A stretch of DNA of 64,000 nucleotides from Squalus acanthias. Its lineage: Eukaryota. Below, one piece after another: positions 1 to 13,250 of this stretch; the first letter of the stretch is position 1, and each line of letters opens with the position of its first letter. Below the pieces are notes generated by a model that was not told the DNA's origin, ran no database searches, and saw only the letters and a program-made list of their open reading frames with translations. The translations under genes were made by a program, and so were the position numbers. The stretch is taken from NCBI GenBank assembly GCA_030390025.1, contig JASTWF010000036.1:3412001-3476000 (forward strand), given 5' to 3'.

Positions 1-2104
1 AGCATTACTCTCTCTCTCACTGGCCGTTCCTCCTTCTTCGCTCCCTCGAGTCCAAGGGACGCAGACTTGAACGGATATGGCGGACAACTGGTTTAGCCAT
101 TCACTGCCAGATCTGGCTGGACCACATAAAGCATTATCGGCCTACTCTTGTCTGCCAAAACTGCTCACTATTCCAGGATCATTCTGGAATGCAAAGGTTA
201 ACCCCCGGCTACTATTTTCTACTGCTAACCGTCTTCTTAAACCCCTCTCCCCTGTCTCCTCCACGCTCACCTCCAACAACAAGTGCGAGGAGCTCATGGA
301 CCTCTTTCTCTCTAAGATTGAGACCATCCGATCAGCTGCCTCAGCCACTTCCCTTCCTTCCCCTAGCCCACCGGGCCAAACTTCCTCTAAGGTTCACCCC
401 TGCCCTAGCCCTGAACTCACATTTTTCTCCAATTTCTCTCTGATCTCCCCTCTTGACCTCTTCACACTCATCCTGTCTGTGAGACCCACTTCCTGCTCCC
501 TCGACCCTATTCTCACTAAACTGCTGACCACCCAACTTCCTTTTCTGGCTCCCAGGTTAGCTGACATTGTTACCGGTTCTCTCTCCTCAGGTACTGTCCC
601 CCTCTCCTTCAAATCTGCCGTCATCACCTCGCTCCTCAAAAAAACAACCATTCACCCCTCTGTCCTTGCAAACTACCGCCCTATCTCCAATCTCCGATTC
701 CTCTCAAGTCCTTGAATGTGTTGTCACCTCCCAAATCCGTGCCCTTTCTTTCCCGGAACTCCCATGTTTGAATCCCTCCAATCTGGTTTCCGCCCCTGCC
801 ACAGTACCGAAACGGCTCTCATCAAAGTCACAAATGGCATCCTTTGTGACTGTGACAAAGGTAAACTATCCCTCCTCGTCCTTTTTGACCTGTCTGCAGC
901 CTTTAACACGGTTGACCACTCCATCCTCCTCCAATGCCTCTCCACCATCGTCCAGCTGGGTGGGACTGCACTCACCTGGTTCCATTCTTACCTGTAATCG
1001 TAGCAAGAAAATCACCTGCAATGGCTTCTCTTCCCACTCCTGCATTGTTACCTCTGGGGTCCCCCAAGGATCTATCCTTGGCCCCCTCCTATTTCTCATC
1101 TATATGCTGCCCCTCGGCGCCATCATCCGAAAACATGGCGTCAGTTTCCACATGTATCCTGACGACACCCAGCTCTACCTCTGCACCACTTCTCTCGACT
1201 CCTCCACGGTCTCTAAATTGTCAGACTGCTTGTCCGAGATCCAGTACAGGATGAGCAGAAATTTCTCCAATTAAATATTGGGAAGACCGAAGCCATTGTC
1301 TTCGAGCCCCGCCACAAACTCCGTTCCCTAGCCACTGACTCCATCCCTCTCCCTAACATCTGTCTGAGGCTGAACCGGACTGTTTGCAACCTTGGTGTCA
1401 TATTTGACCCTGAAATGAGCTTCCGACCACATATCCGCAGCATAACTAAGACCACCTATTTCCACCTCCGTAACATTGCCCGTCTCCGCCCCTGCCTCAG
1501 CTCATCTGCTGCTGAAACCCTCATCCATGCCTTTGTTACCTCTAGACTTGACTATTCCAATGCACTCCTAGCTGGCCTCCCACTTTCTACCCTACGCAAA
1601 CTTGAGATCATCCAAAACTTGGCTGCCCATGTCCTAACAAGTCCCGTTCACCCATCACCCCTGTGCTCGCTGACCTACATTGGCTCCTGGTTAAGCAACG
1701 CCTTGATTTCAAAATTCTCATCCTTGTTTTCAAATCCCTCCATGGCCTCGCCCCTCCCTATCTCTGTAATCTCCTTCAGCCCCACAACCACCCGAGATCT
1801 CTGCGCTCCTCTAATTCTGCCTTCTTGAGCACCCCTGATTATAATCGCTCCACCATTGGCGGCCGTGCCTTCAGCTGCCTAGGCCTTAAGCTCTGGAACT
1901 CCCTCCCTAAACCTCTCCGCCTCTCTCCCTCTCTTTCCTCCTTTTAAGACGCTCCTTAAAACCTACCTCTTTGACCAAGCTTTTGGTCACCTGCCCTAAT
2001 TTCTTATGTGGCTCGGTGTCAATTTTTTGTCTTCTAATACTCCTGTGAAGCACCTTGGGACGTTTTACTACGTTAAAGGTGCTATACAAATACAAGTTGT
2101 TGTT
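1..2104 (+). mobile_element. L2-clade LINE, degenerate ORF2 (RT) plus 3' UTR; 5' end runs off the window
   Basis: Frameshifted ORFs give [55 protein letters not shown] and SRLDYSNALLAGLP. The element ends in an L2-type tail GCTATACAAATACAAG(TTG)n. Confidence 0.93.
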
Positions 2105-2260
2105 GTCTCATCTGAATGACGGCACCTCTGACAATGTTGCACTCCCTCAGTACTGCACTGAAATATGAGCCTAGATTATGTGCTCAAGTCCTGGAGTGGG
2201 ATTTGAACTCATGGCATTCTGACTCGGAGGTGAGAGTGCTATTACCAAGCCAAGCTCACA
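2105..2260 (-). mobile_element. DeuSINE (SacSINE1-like), 5' half
   Basis: Reverse complement matches the head and the start of the core of the full copy at 34368-34836. Confidence 0.7.
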
Positions 2261-2529
2261 TGTCAGATGGGCCTCGGTTTAATATCTCATTCGAAAGGAC
2301 AAAAAACAGCGGTATTTCCTAGTCTGTCCCTTGTCACTTCTCCTGGCTCCATCTGTCATTGCCACCTGATGCTGCTCCTATTGTCCCAGGATTGTTTTGC
2401 AACAGTTTTGTGAGATCATGAATACCCAGCCTCAATGTGTAGCAAAGTTTGATCAGTGGGCGCTGCAGCATCTAGTGTGTGGTGGTGAAGGGGGAATCGA
2501 GCAGGAAGAATTGCCTCCCAGTAAAGCAA

Positions 2530-2935
2530 TGCCTCGATTTTTAAAATTCTCAACCTTGGTTTTCAAGTCCCTCCATGGCCTCGCCCCCTCCCTATCTCTG
2601 TAATCTCCTCCAGTCCTATAATCCCCCTGGACCTCTGCGCTCTGCCTATTCTGGCCTTTTGAAAATCCCCGATTTTAATCGCTCCACATTGGTGGCCGTG
2701 CTTTCAGCTGCCTAGGTCCCAAGCTCTGGAATTCCCTCCCTAAACCTTTCTGCCTCTCCACTTCTCTTTCCTCCTTTTAAGACGCTCCTTAAAACTTGCC
2801 TCTTTGACCAAGCTTTTGGTCATCTGCCCTAACATCTCCTTATATGGCTTGGTGTCACTTTTTTTTGATAACACTCCTGTGAAGCGCCTTGGGATGTTTT
2901 ATTACGTTAAAGGTGCGATATAAATATTTGTTGTT
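2530..2935 (+). mobile_element. L2 3' fragment
   Basis: Near-copy of 1700-2100 (FKSLHGLAP, LWNSLP, GCGATATAAAT tail). Confidence 0.85.
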
Positions 2936-3619
2936 CGCATAAACTGGAGGGAGGAGAGGGGGAGAAGAATGCGAAGGTGGACTTGGAATGGCGGAGAGTG
3001 TCTGTGTGAACTTAGCGGGGGGTGGTGGGAGGAGAGAGAAGTTCCTCCATATAAGCAATTTTAAAACACTTTAACAGAGTATCAATGCAGATCCACAAGA
3101 GTTTGGAATTTCTCGAAGAAATTAGGGAAAATGCCTGGAACTTTTCCCACAATCGTCAACTATACAGGTGGTAGAATGTTGAGTATATCTGAAGCTTAAC
3201 TTGTGAGAGGCCCATGTCCCACTGCACTTTCAATGTAATTAATTTCATTGGGCCTTTCTTCAGGGCTGGTTTTAAGTTGTTGGCTTTTTTTTTGAAGGTG
3301 TTGCTCAGTTTTTACTGGCTTTGTTGGGTTGATTATGCAGATTTTCAAAACTGATTTCATCTCGAGGTCCAGATGACCATTGCAAACCGCTTGACCGGCT
3401 GAGCGATGTGACCAGATTACCCCCTTGTCTTGGTGAGCCAGCACTTTCTAATGGTAAGACTGAAGGAATCCCGTTAGCGCCAGCCAGAAACTGACCACCC
3501 GAGACCCTGATTCCATCCCCTTTCCCAGCTGTTTTGTTTTGTCCTGCTTGATCCTGAGATGAGCTTTAAACTCGACATATTGCCCGTTACCGAGAATGCC
3601 TGTTTCCACCTTTTTAGAA

Positions 3620-4170
3620 GTTTACAGCACAGAAGGAGGCAATTTAGCCCATTGTGTCTTTGCTCGAGCAGTCCAAAACTGCTCTCTCCCATAGCCCTGT
3701 ATCTTCCTCTGCTTCAAATGTTTAAAAGATGCAGTGGTCTCTGCCTCAACTACTTCCTGTGGCAAGCATTGCATGCTCCAACAAGCCTCTGGAAAGAAAT
3801 TTCCTCTCTCCTCATTCTCTTAGTGACAGTTTTAAATTGATGACCCCTCATCACTGATACAGGAAAAAATGGTCTTTCCCTATTCACATCAAAAACCTTC
3901 ATAATTTAAAAAAACCCTGAAATCTCCTCTTTGCCTTCTCTGCTTCAGTATCTAAAGTCTGGACCTACGGCTTTAATGTCCTATCTAGAACGGGGTGCCT
4001 AAAACTGGACGCAGTACTGGACACAATAACTGGTCTAACCATTGGTTTGTAGAAATTCACCATTACCTCTTTTCCCTTGTACTCTATTCCCCTATTTGAA
4101 ACCCAAAATGCTCTTGGCCTTTTCTATGGTTTTATCAACCCACACTCACACTTGTAAGGCATTATTAATT
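3620..4170 (-). mobile_element. Old CR1 LINE 3' fragment
   Basis: Degenerate similarity to the 3' part of the CR1 copies at 15583 and 21222. Confidence 0.55.
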
Positions 4171-4344
4171 TGCACCCCTAGATGTATCTATTCAGCATCT
4201 TTCCATTGAGTGTGTACTCCCATTCCTTGTTTGGCCATCCAAGATTATCTCACGCTTTTGCCTGTCTGCCTATTCTGCTCTCCCATCTAATATGCTGGCC
4301 GAGTCCTGAAGGACATAACTGCCAGTCTGGGCCTGCGACAGGCG

Positions 4345-5749
4345 GTGAGAGAACCAACACGAGCGAAAAACCTACTTGACCTCGTCCTCACCAATCTACC
4401 TGTCGCAGATGCATCTGTCCATGACCGCATTGGTAGCAGTGACCGCACATTCATTGTGGAGACTAAGTCCCGTCTTCACACTGAGGACACCCTCCATCGT
4501 GTTGTGTGTGGCACTGCCACCGTGCTAAATGGGATAGATTCAGAACAGATCTAGCAACTCTAGCAGCAGCAGAATTGTATTCCACCACAATCTGTAACCT
4601 CATGGCCCAGCATATCCCTCACTCTACCATACAAATCCAATCCGGCCAATTACCGTCCCATCAGTCTACTCTCAATCATCAGCAAAGTGATGGAAGGTGT
4701 CATCAACAGTGCTATCAAGCGGCACTTACTCACCAATAACCTGCTCACTGATGCCCAGTTTGGGTTTCGCCAAGACCACTCGGCTCCCGACCTCATTACA
4801 GCCTTGGTCCAAACATGGACAAAGGAGCTGAATTCCAGAGGTGAGGTGAGAGTGACTGCCCTTGACATCAAGGCAGCATTTGACCGAGGGTGGCATAAAG
4901 GAGCCCTAGTAAAACTGAAGTCAATGGGAATCGGGGAAAACACTCCACTGGCTGGAGTCATACAAAGGAAGATGGTTGTGGTGGTTGAAGGTGATTCATC
5001 ACAGCCCTAGGATATCGCTGCAGGAGTTCCTCAAGGCAGTGTCCTAGGCCCAACCATCTTCAGCTGCTTCATCAATGACGTTTCCTCCAACATAAGGTCA
5101 GAAATGGGGATGTTCGTTGATGACTGCGCAGTGTTCAGCGCCATTCACAACTCCTCAGTTAATGAAGCAGTCCATGCCCGCATGCAACAAGACCTGGATG
5201 ACGTTCAGGCTTGGGCTGATAAGTGGCAGGTAACATTCGCGCCACAGAAGTGCCAGGCAATGACTATCTCCAACAAGCGAGAGTCTAACCACCGCCCCTT
5301 GACATTCAACGGCATTGCCATCATCGAATCCCCCACCATCAACATCTTGGGGGGTCACCATTGACCAGAAACTTAACTGGACCAGCCACATAAATACTGT
5401 GGCAACAAGAGCAGGTCAAAGGCTGGGTATTCTGCGGCGAGTGTCTCACCTCCTGACTCCCCAAAACCTTTCCACCATCTACAAGGCACAAGTAAGGAGT
5501 GTGATAGAATACTCTCCACTTGCCTGGATGAGTGCAGCTCCAACAACACTCAAGCAGCTCGACACCATCCAGGACAAAGCAGCCCCTTTGATTGGCATCC
5601 GATCCACCACCTTAAACATTCACTCCCTGCATCACCGGCGTACCGTGGCTGCAGTGTGTACCATCTACAAGATGCACTGCAGCAACTCGCCAAGGCTTCT
5701 TCGGCAGCACCTCCCAAATCCGCGACCTCTTCTACCTAGAAGGACAAGG
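4345..5749 (+). mobile_element. CR1/L2-group (Crack/Daphne-like) LINE, internally deleted, truncated by the gap
   Basis: Motifs NLLDLVLTN, QFGFRQDHSAPD, LDIKAAFD, MFVDDC and YKAQVRS. Close copy of 25996-27895. Confidence 0.85.
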
Positions 5750-6249
5750 NNNNNNNNNNNNNNNNNNNNNNNNNNNNNNNNNNNNNNNNNNNNNNNNNNN
5801 NNNNNNNNNNNNNNNNNNNNNNNNNNNNNNNNNNNNNNNNNNNNNNNNNNNNNNNNNNNNNNNNNNNNNNNNNNNNNNNNNNNNNNNNNNNNNNNNNNNN
5901 NNNNNNNNNNNNNNNNNNNNNNNNNNNNNNNNNNNNNNNNNNNNNNNNNNNNNNNNNNNNNNNNNNNNNNNNNNNNNNNNNNNNNNNNNNNNNNNNNNNN
6001 NNNNNNNNNNNNNNNNNNNNNNNNNNNNNNNNNNNNNNNNNNNNNNNNNNNNNNNNNNNNNNNNNNNNNNNNNNNNNNNNNNNNNNNNNNNNNNNNNNNN
6101 NNNNNNNNNNNNNNNNNNNNNNNNNNNNNNNNNNNNNNNNNNNNNNNNNNNNNNNNNNNNNNNNNNNNNNNNNNNNNNNNNNNNNNNNNNNNNNNNNNNN
6201 NNNNNNNNNNNNNNNNNNNNNNNNNNNNNNNNNNNNNNNNNNNNNNNNN
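5750..6249. other. Assembly gap (500 N)
   Basis: Run of exactly 500 N. True size and content are unknown. Confidence 1.
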
Positions 6250-6334
6250 GGGGGGGAGGACGGGGAGCGGCGGAGGATGGGGAGATGGGGAGCAGGAAGT
6301 CAAGGATTAGCGGTAACAAATGAGTTTGTGAAAG

Positions 6335-6592
6335 CTGCTGGGCCGTTGTAAACGCCCAAATTGTTCACCACTATCTTTCAGGAAGGGTACCCGACATCCT
6401 CACCTGGTCTGACCTACACATGGCTCGGTGGTTGATTTTTAATGCCCTCTGAGGTGGCCTAGAATTCAGTTGTCAAAAGAAAAAAAATGACAATGAAGAA
6501 GGCCCACCACTACTTCTGAGGGCAACGAGGGATGGGCAATAAATTAGGCCTTGTTTCTGTCCCCCACGTCCGGAAAACAAATGGAAAAAAAT
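6335..6592 (+). mobile_element. SINE-like fragment ending in the 3' tail of the Crack-like LINE
   Basis: GAGGGCAACGAGGGATGGGCAATAAA...CCCACGTCC...AAAAAA resembles the tail at 27820-27895, but the upstream body differs from that LINE. Confidence 0.45.
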
Positions 6593-7313
6593 TCTTCTGG
6601 GCATTGCCAGAAAATGGACACAGACAGACACATGGACACAATTTTGTTGAGATATAGATTTGAGTTTTGGGTTCTCTTGTTTTGACCCTTCCAAGAAGAA
6701 CATTTTAGCACTGTTTTCAGTTGCTGCACATGTGGTAAAATTGCATGCAGGAAATTCTACAGCCGTGGCACCTCTTCAGAGCCAAAAAATTACAGCTGGG
6801 CAGTGTTACAATAGAGGGAAAATTCACTACAAATGTTGGTGTGCAATTTGCCAAATATTTTTTTAAGGAGGTGTTTGTTTACTAGGGGGTCAAATTCCAA
6901 GGACTTTTAACGGAACCATAGCTGAGACCAAGGGAAGCAATTTTAATTGAGTTTGAAAAGTTACAGCGGAACATATTTCGAGGAATGTGAAAATCTTGCC
7001 GCGGTGAATATTTCTTTTTGTGCAGCAATAAAGGATTGTAGCAAACTGGTTGGAATCAGTTGTCTAAATTTCACTTCAAACCTTAACGGTATACCTTTTC
7101 TTGACCTTTAACTAAGCGTGATGATAGATTTATGTGCAGGAAGTCTGTGAAAGGTATGTGGCCTGAATATAAAGCTGCAGTGTTGTGGGTTTTTTAGATT
7201 AAAGTTTTTTTTTAAATAAAGTTTCCTGGAATGCCTCTTGCAAACCAAAAAAGTACTGCTGTAACTCTTCCAGCATTCAAATACTATATAATTATTTTTG
7301 CCATCTACTGAAT

Positions 7314-9725
7314 TCTTTTCTTCTTAGGCAGTCCCTCGGAACCGAGGATGACTTGCTTCCACACTAAAAATGAGTTCTCAGGTGGCTGATGAGTCCAATG
7401 CGGGACCTACAGTCTCTGTCACAGGTGGGGCAGAGGGTCGTTGAAGGGGCGGGTGGGTGGGGTGCTTGGGTTGACGTGCGCTCCTTGCGCTTGGCTTCTG
7501 CTTGCTCCCGGCGAAGAGACTCAAGGTGTTTGGCGCCTTCCCGGATGCTTCTCCTCCACTTTGTGCGGTCTTGGGCCAGGGATTCCCAGGTGTCGGTGGG
7601 GATGTTGCACTTTTTCCAAGGAGGCTTTGAGGGTGTCCTTGAAGTGTTTCCTCTGCCCACCTGGGGCTCTCTTGCCGTGCCGGAGCTCCGAGTAGAGCGC
7701 TTGTTTTGGGAGTCTCGTATCGGGCATGCGGACGATGTGACCCGTCCATCGGAGCTGATCGAGCGTGGTCAAAGCTTCGATGCTGGGGATGTTGGCCTGA
7801 GCGAGAACACTGATGTTGGTGTGCCTATCTTACCAATGGATTTGCAGGATCTTGCGGCGGCAGCGTTGGTGGTACCTCTCCAGTGCTTTGAAGTGCCTGC
7901 TGTACATGGTCCATGTATCTGAGGCATACAGCAGGGCGGGTATCACTGCTGCTCTGTAGACCATGAGCTTAGTGCCGGGTTTGAGGTCCTGGTCTTCAAA
8001 CACTCTCTTCCTCAGGCGACCGAAGGCTGTGCTGGCACACTGAAGGCGGTGTTGGACTTCGTCATCGACGTCTGCCCTTGTTGACAGTAGGCTCCCGAGG
8101 TATGGAAAGTGGTCCACGTTGTCCAAGGCCTTGTCGTGGATTTTGATAATCGGGGGGCAGTACTGTGTGGCAGGGGCAGGTTGGTAGAGGACTTTTGTCT
8201 TACGGATGTTTAGTGTAAGGCCCATGCTCTCGTACACTTCGGTGAAGGTGTTAACGATGGTTTGGAGTTCGACCTCCGAGTGTGCGCAGACGCAAGCGTC
8301 GTCTGCATACTGTAATTCGACGACAGAGGAAGAGACGACCTTAGATCTGGACTGGAGGCGACGGAGGTTGAACAGTTTCCCGTTTGTTCTGTAAATGAGC
8401 TCCACTCCAGTGGGGAGCTTACTGAGGGTGAGATGGAGCATTGCAGCAAGGAAGATCGAGAAGAGCGTTGGTGCGATGACATAGCCTTGCTTGACCCTGG
8501 TCCATACGTGAATTGGGTCTGTGGTGGAACCGTTGGTCAGGATCATGGCTTGCATGTCGTCGTGAAGCAGGCGGAGGATGGTGACAAATTTTTGAGGGCA
8601 GCCGAATTTGAGGAGGTCACTCCATAATCCCTCACGGTTGACGGTGTCGAAGGCCTTTGTGAGATCAAAGAAGGCCATGTACAGTGGTTCCCTGCATTTC
8701 TCTTGTAATTGACGTGCGGTGAAGATCATGTCCATTGTGCCTCTTAGTGGGCGGAATCCGCATTGCGACTCTGGAAGAAGCTCTTCGGCCACTGGGAGAA
8801 GGCGATTGAGGAGGATTCTTGCGATGACTTTCCCTGTGGCAGACAGTAGGGAAACTCCTCTGTAATTACCGCAATCAGACTTGTCACCTTTCTTGAAGAT
8901 GGTCACAATTACGGCGTCTGAGATCCCCTGGCATGCTCTCCTCCTTCCAGATAAGAGAAATGAGTTCATGAATTCACGCCAGTAGTGCTTTTCCGCCATG
9001 CTTTAGTGCCTCGGCGGGGATTCCATCCGTTCCTGAGGCCTTGTTCTTCAGTTGTCGGATGGCCTTTTCAACTTCATGCCGGGCTGGGGTTGTGCTGAGA
9101 TGGTGGCGGGTAGCATGCTGTGGGATGGAGTTGACATTCGCGTCGAAGACAGAGTCTCGGTTAAGGAGATCTTTGAAGTGCTCCTTCCAGCGGGCACTGA
9201 CTGCCTCCCTGTCCTTGATGAGTACCTGTCCGTTCTTGGCCCGCAGTGGGGTAGGACCTTGGGTGCTTGGGCCGTAGATAGTCTTGACTGCACGTCGTGG
9301 TTGTCGGCTATTGAACAATCCCTGCTCCGAGTCCCAACGGGCGACAAGCTGATCCTCCTTGGCGACTTTAACGCCAGAGTTGGAAAGGACAAAGACCTCT
9401 GGGGCGGTGTGATCGGCAGAGATGGGGTAGGGAAAGCCAACTCCAATGGTACCCTCCTCCTGTCGAAATGCTCAGAACATGGCCTTGTCTTAACCAACAC
9501 CTTGTTCCGTCAGAGAGAGAAGTACATGGCTTCATGGCAGCATCCTCGCTCCAAGCACTGGCATCTGCTGGACTACGTCATCGTCCGAGCGAGGGACCGC
9601 AAGGACGTCCGCATCACCCGCGCCATGACGGGCTGACGACTGCTGGACAGACCACCGCCGAATCTGCTCTGTCATCTCCATCAATGTAGCCCCAAAACAG
9701 CGGCGGCAACAGAAGCAATGCCGCA
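7314..9725 (-). mobile_element. RTE-clade LINE with an inverted 5' segment; 9-bp TSD CTACTGAAT
   Basis: Minus strand 7314-~9310 carries the RT (NYRGVSLLS, LPESQCGFR, FFDLTKAFD, LQYADD, FPYLGS) and a C-terminal CxxC...HxxxH. Plus strand ~9311-9725 carries endonuclease motifs (LLGDFNARVG, HWHLLDYV). TSD at 7305-7313 and 9726-9734. Confidence 0.93.
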
Positions 9726-9894
9726 CTACTGAATACCTGAACCAGGGCTACAGTACCCATGGGGTGCCTTTTTATTTTCTTGACAAACTAGTTCTTAATT
9801 GTCCCATCCCGTATAGTGAATACCATCAATTCATTTATCTTTCTGTTTAGAAGTTCATCCCCCTCTCCACCCAGGGCTCATAATATTTTTTTTT

Positions 9895-11200
9895 TTGTTG
9901 ACTGCATTGCGACGGTGGCACAAAGGCAGCCTTGTGTACTTTTACAAAGGCAAGGGATCCAAAGCAGACTGCAGCAACGACCGGGGTATCGACCTACTGT
10001 CAACAGTGGCTAAAGTATTCGCTTGGATGATACTTGCTCGAATCAAGAACCCTCAGAGACAAACGCCACAAACAGGCTGGCTTCACCGAGAAATAGGTTC
10101 ACCATCGAACAGATAGTCGCGCTACGGCAGCTGGGAGTCAGACGGCGCAAATACAATCAGCCGATATATGTTGCCTACATCGACTTGAAGAATAGCTTTT
10201 GACTCACTGAATAGAGAGTGCCTACGGCTCTTGTTACAATCTCTAAGTATCCCTACCAAAATTCTATCATTAATCAGAGAGCTTTATGCCCATACAAGTA
10301 GCCAGGTCTATATTGATAGAAAGCTTTCTGAGCCTTTCAAGTTTTATACCAGAGTACGTCAGAGCTGTGTTCTCGTCCCAACCTTATTCGTGCCGGGTGT
10401 TGACCACATCATGAAGTCAACGACAGAAAAAAATGGCCGTGGAACCAGCCTGGACAATGACTGTGCGTGAACAGAGCTGGACTTTGCTGATGACGTAGAG
10501 GCCTTATCTGAAACTGTCGACACCCTCACCAGAGCCCAGGAATTCTTGACCAAGAGGCAGCTAGCTTTGGTCTTCAGATCAGCTGGAACAAGACAAAAGT
10601 GCAATCGCTAGGACGCAATATCATTCCAGCTACCTTCATAATGGATGACGATCCATCCCAGACAGTGGAATCAGTGACCTATTTCACTTACTTGGGAAGC
10701 ATGATTTCTTCCAATGGGGGCTGTCTTCCAAACTGCCGTAGGTGCATTGTACTTGCGAGCTCCGCAATGAACTCTCTATCCCATATATGGAGATCGAACA
10801 TAAGTCGCAATCTCAAAGTGCAGCTCTACAAGGTTTTGATAATATCCATATTTAAATATGGCAAAGAAATGAATAGTCGGATTGATGGATTCAATTCTAG
10901 ATCACTTCACCCATTTCTAAAGGTTAAACCTGAGGATAAACTCTCATGAGACTATATGCAATGCTATCCTGGTTCATCGTTACCAAGTCCTCTGGATGGA
11001 CACCTCCTGCATCACCCTGATTCTGACCCTGCCAGATCATTCACCACCAAACCACCACCAACTTAGAAGAGGCCATGAGGCAGACTTCAAGATGGGATGA
11101 AAACATAAAAGTGCTCCTTAACAGAATAGGCCTTGCTTCCAATGTGGCACAAATGAGAGCCCTGAATTGTAACGGTTGGAAGAAGCTGGTAGCAGCAACT
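9895..11200 (+). mobile_element. Older, degenerate RTE-clade LINE fragment
   Basis: Broken frames with YKGKGSKADCSNDRGIDLLS, ELDFADDV and FTYLGSMIS. Confidence 0.8.
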
Positions 11201-11687
11201 TCCTCTTCTGAATAAGCCCCTAGACTGCATTAATGGTACTGCTGCATGTCATTTGAAATTTGGTTAACAATCTCAAGATTGTACCAATTCATTTTGGGCG
11301 GATACTGGTGATTCCCACAGTATATCGACAATTCAGACCTCAACATCTGTGCAGCTGAGAGTTTCGTGGTGCAAATTGCATTTCAGTGGCTGCTGCCTTG
11401 AACCTTTTTTAAAATTCATTATTTTCTTGATCTGTCTTGCCTTTTGATTGCAGACATTCCAATCTGGAGTAACAACCAGCACTGTTATGACAAGGCAGTG
11501 ATTGTGTCGAGGGGTTGAGATGACCCCTGAAACTCTGCGAGGAGAGTTTGGGCAGGTTTTAGTTGTGATTTGAACCCCAAGTTTAGGTGAACCTTTTAGA
11601 ATGACTGAGAGATGTCCATTGTCGATCAGGATCTACATACATGGTAGTAAATAATTTTTTTCAGTTATTTTTCTTACTGTTGCAGTT

Positions 11688-12770
11688 CCTTGCTCCCGCA
11701 TCGTTACCTCTGGTGTCCCCCAAGGATCTATCCTTGGCCCCCTCCTATTTCTCATCTACACGTTGCCCCTTGGTGACATCATCCGAAAACACCGCCAGTT
11801 TTCACATGTACGCTGACGACACCCAGCTCTACCTCACTACCTCTTCTCTCGACCCCTCCATGGTGTCTAAATTGTCAGACTGCTTGTCTGACATCCAGTT
11901 CTGGATGAGCAAAAATTTTCTCCAATTAAATATTGGGAAGACCAAAGCCATTGTTTTCGGTCCCTGCCACAAACTCCGTTCCCTAGCCACTGACTCCATC
12001 CCTCTCCCTAACATCTGTCTGAGGCTGAGCCACACTGTTCGCAACCTTGGTCTCATATTTGACCCTGAAATGAGCTTCCGACCACATATCCGCAGCATAA
12101 CTAAGACCGCCTACTTCCACCTCCGTAACATCGCCCGTCTCCGCCCCTGCCTCAGCTCATCCGCTGCTGAAACCCTCATCCATGCCTTTGTTACCTCTAG
12201 ACTTGACTATTCCAACGCACTCCTGGCTGGTCTCCCACATTCCACCCTACGTAAACTTGAGGTCTTCCAAAACTCTGCTGCCCGTGTCCTAACTCGCACC
12301 AAGTCCCGCTCACCCATCACCCCCTGTGCTCGCTGACCTACATTGGCTCCCGGTTAAGCAGCGCCTCGATTTCAAAATTCTCATCCTTGTTTTAAAATCC
12401 CTCCATGGCCTCGCCCCTTCCTATCTCTGTAACCTCCTTCAGCCCCACAACCCCCCGAGATATCTGCGCTCCTCTAATTCTGCCCTCTTGAGCATCCCTG
12501 ATTATAATCACTCAACCTTTGGTTGTCGTGCCTTCTGTTGCCTGGACCCTAAGCTCTGGAATTCCCTCCCTAAACCTCTCCGCCTCGCTACCTCTCTTTC
12601 CTCCTTTAAGACGCTCCTTAAAACCTACCTCTTTGCCCAAGCTTTTGGTCACCTGCCCTAATTTATCCTTATGTGGATCGGTGTCAAATTTGTTGTCTTG
12701 AAATACTCCTGTGCAGCGCCTTGGGACGTTTTACTGTGTTAAAGGCACTATATAAATACAAGTTGTTGTC
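11688..12770 (+). mobile_element. 5'-truncated L2 LINE
   Basis: [10 protein letters not shown] motif and high identity to 1030-2104, with the same 3' tail. Possible TSD TGTTGCAGTT (11678) / TGTCGCAGTT (12767). Confidence 0.93.
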
Positions 12771-13107
12771 GCAGTTGGAAGATTCTAGGTGACCTCTGTC
12801 TGAAAAGAATATTGGATTAGATTTGTACGACATCAAGTACAATGCAATTACAGTCAAAAGTCATTTATTCAAATCACATCATATCTCAAATTAATCTCCA
12901 CCTGCCTTGGTGTAATAGGGGACAAACCTAGTATGGTGACATATTGCTTAAGCGCATAATATTGTCCCACTCTGTGGTTTTTCTCTGGTTTACAGTGTCT
13001 GTATTTATCTATAGCTTGGACTGTTGCTGTAACTCTGCATTTAGGAGCTATATTTTTTAAGACTTTCTAGTCTGGGAATATCACAGCCAAGCTTGAGAAG
13101 TGTCTCT

Positions 13108-13250
13108 AGACACAAAAGGCATCAAGGGGTATGGGGAGAGAGCGGGAATATGGTGTTGAGATAGAGGATCAGCCATGATCATATTGAATGGCGGAGCAGG
13201 CTCGAAGGGCCGAATGGCCTACTCCTGCTATTTTTCTATGTTTCTATGTT
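13108..13250 (+). mobile_element. CR1 (HER1-like) 3' tail
   Basis: GATCAGCCATGATC...GCAGGCTCGAAGGGCCGAATGGCCTACTCCTGC followed by (TTCTATGT)n. Confidence 0.85.

Noticed and set aside
5315..6319. Long ORFs spanning X runs
   Set aside because: Artefacts of translating through the 500-N gap.
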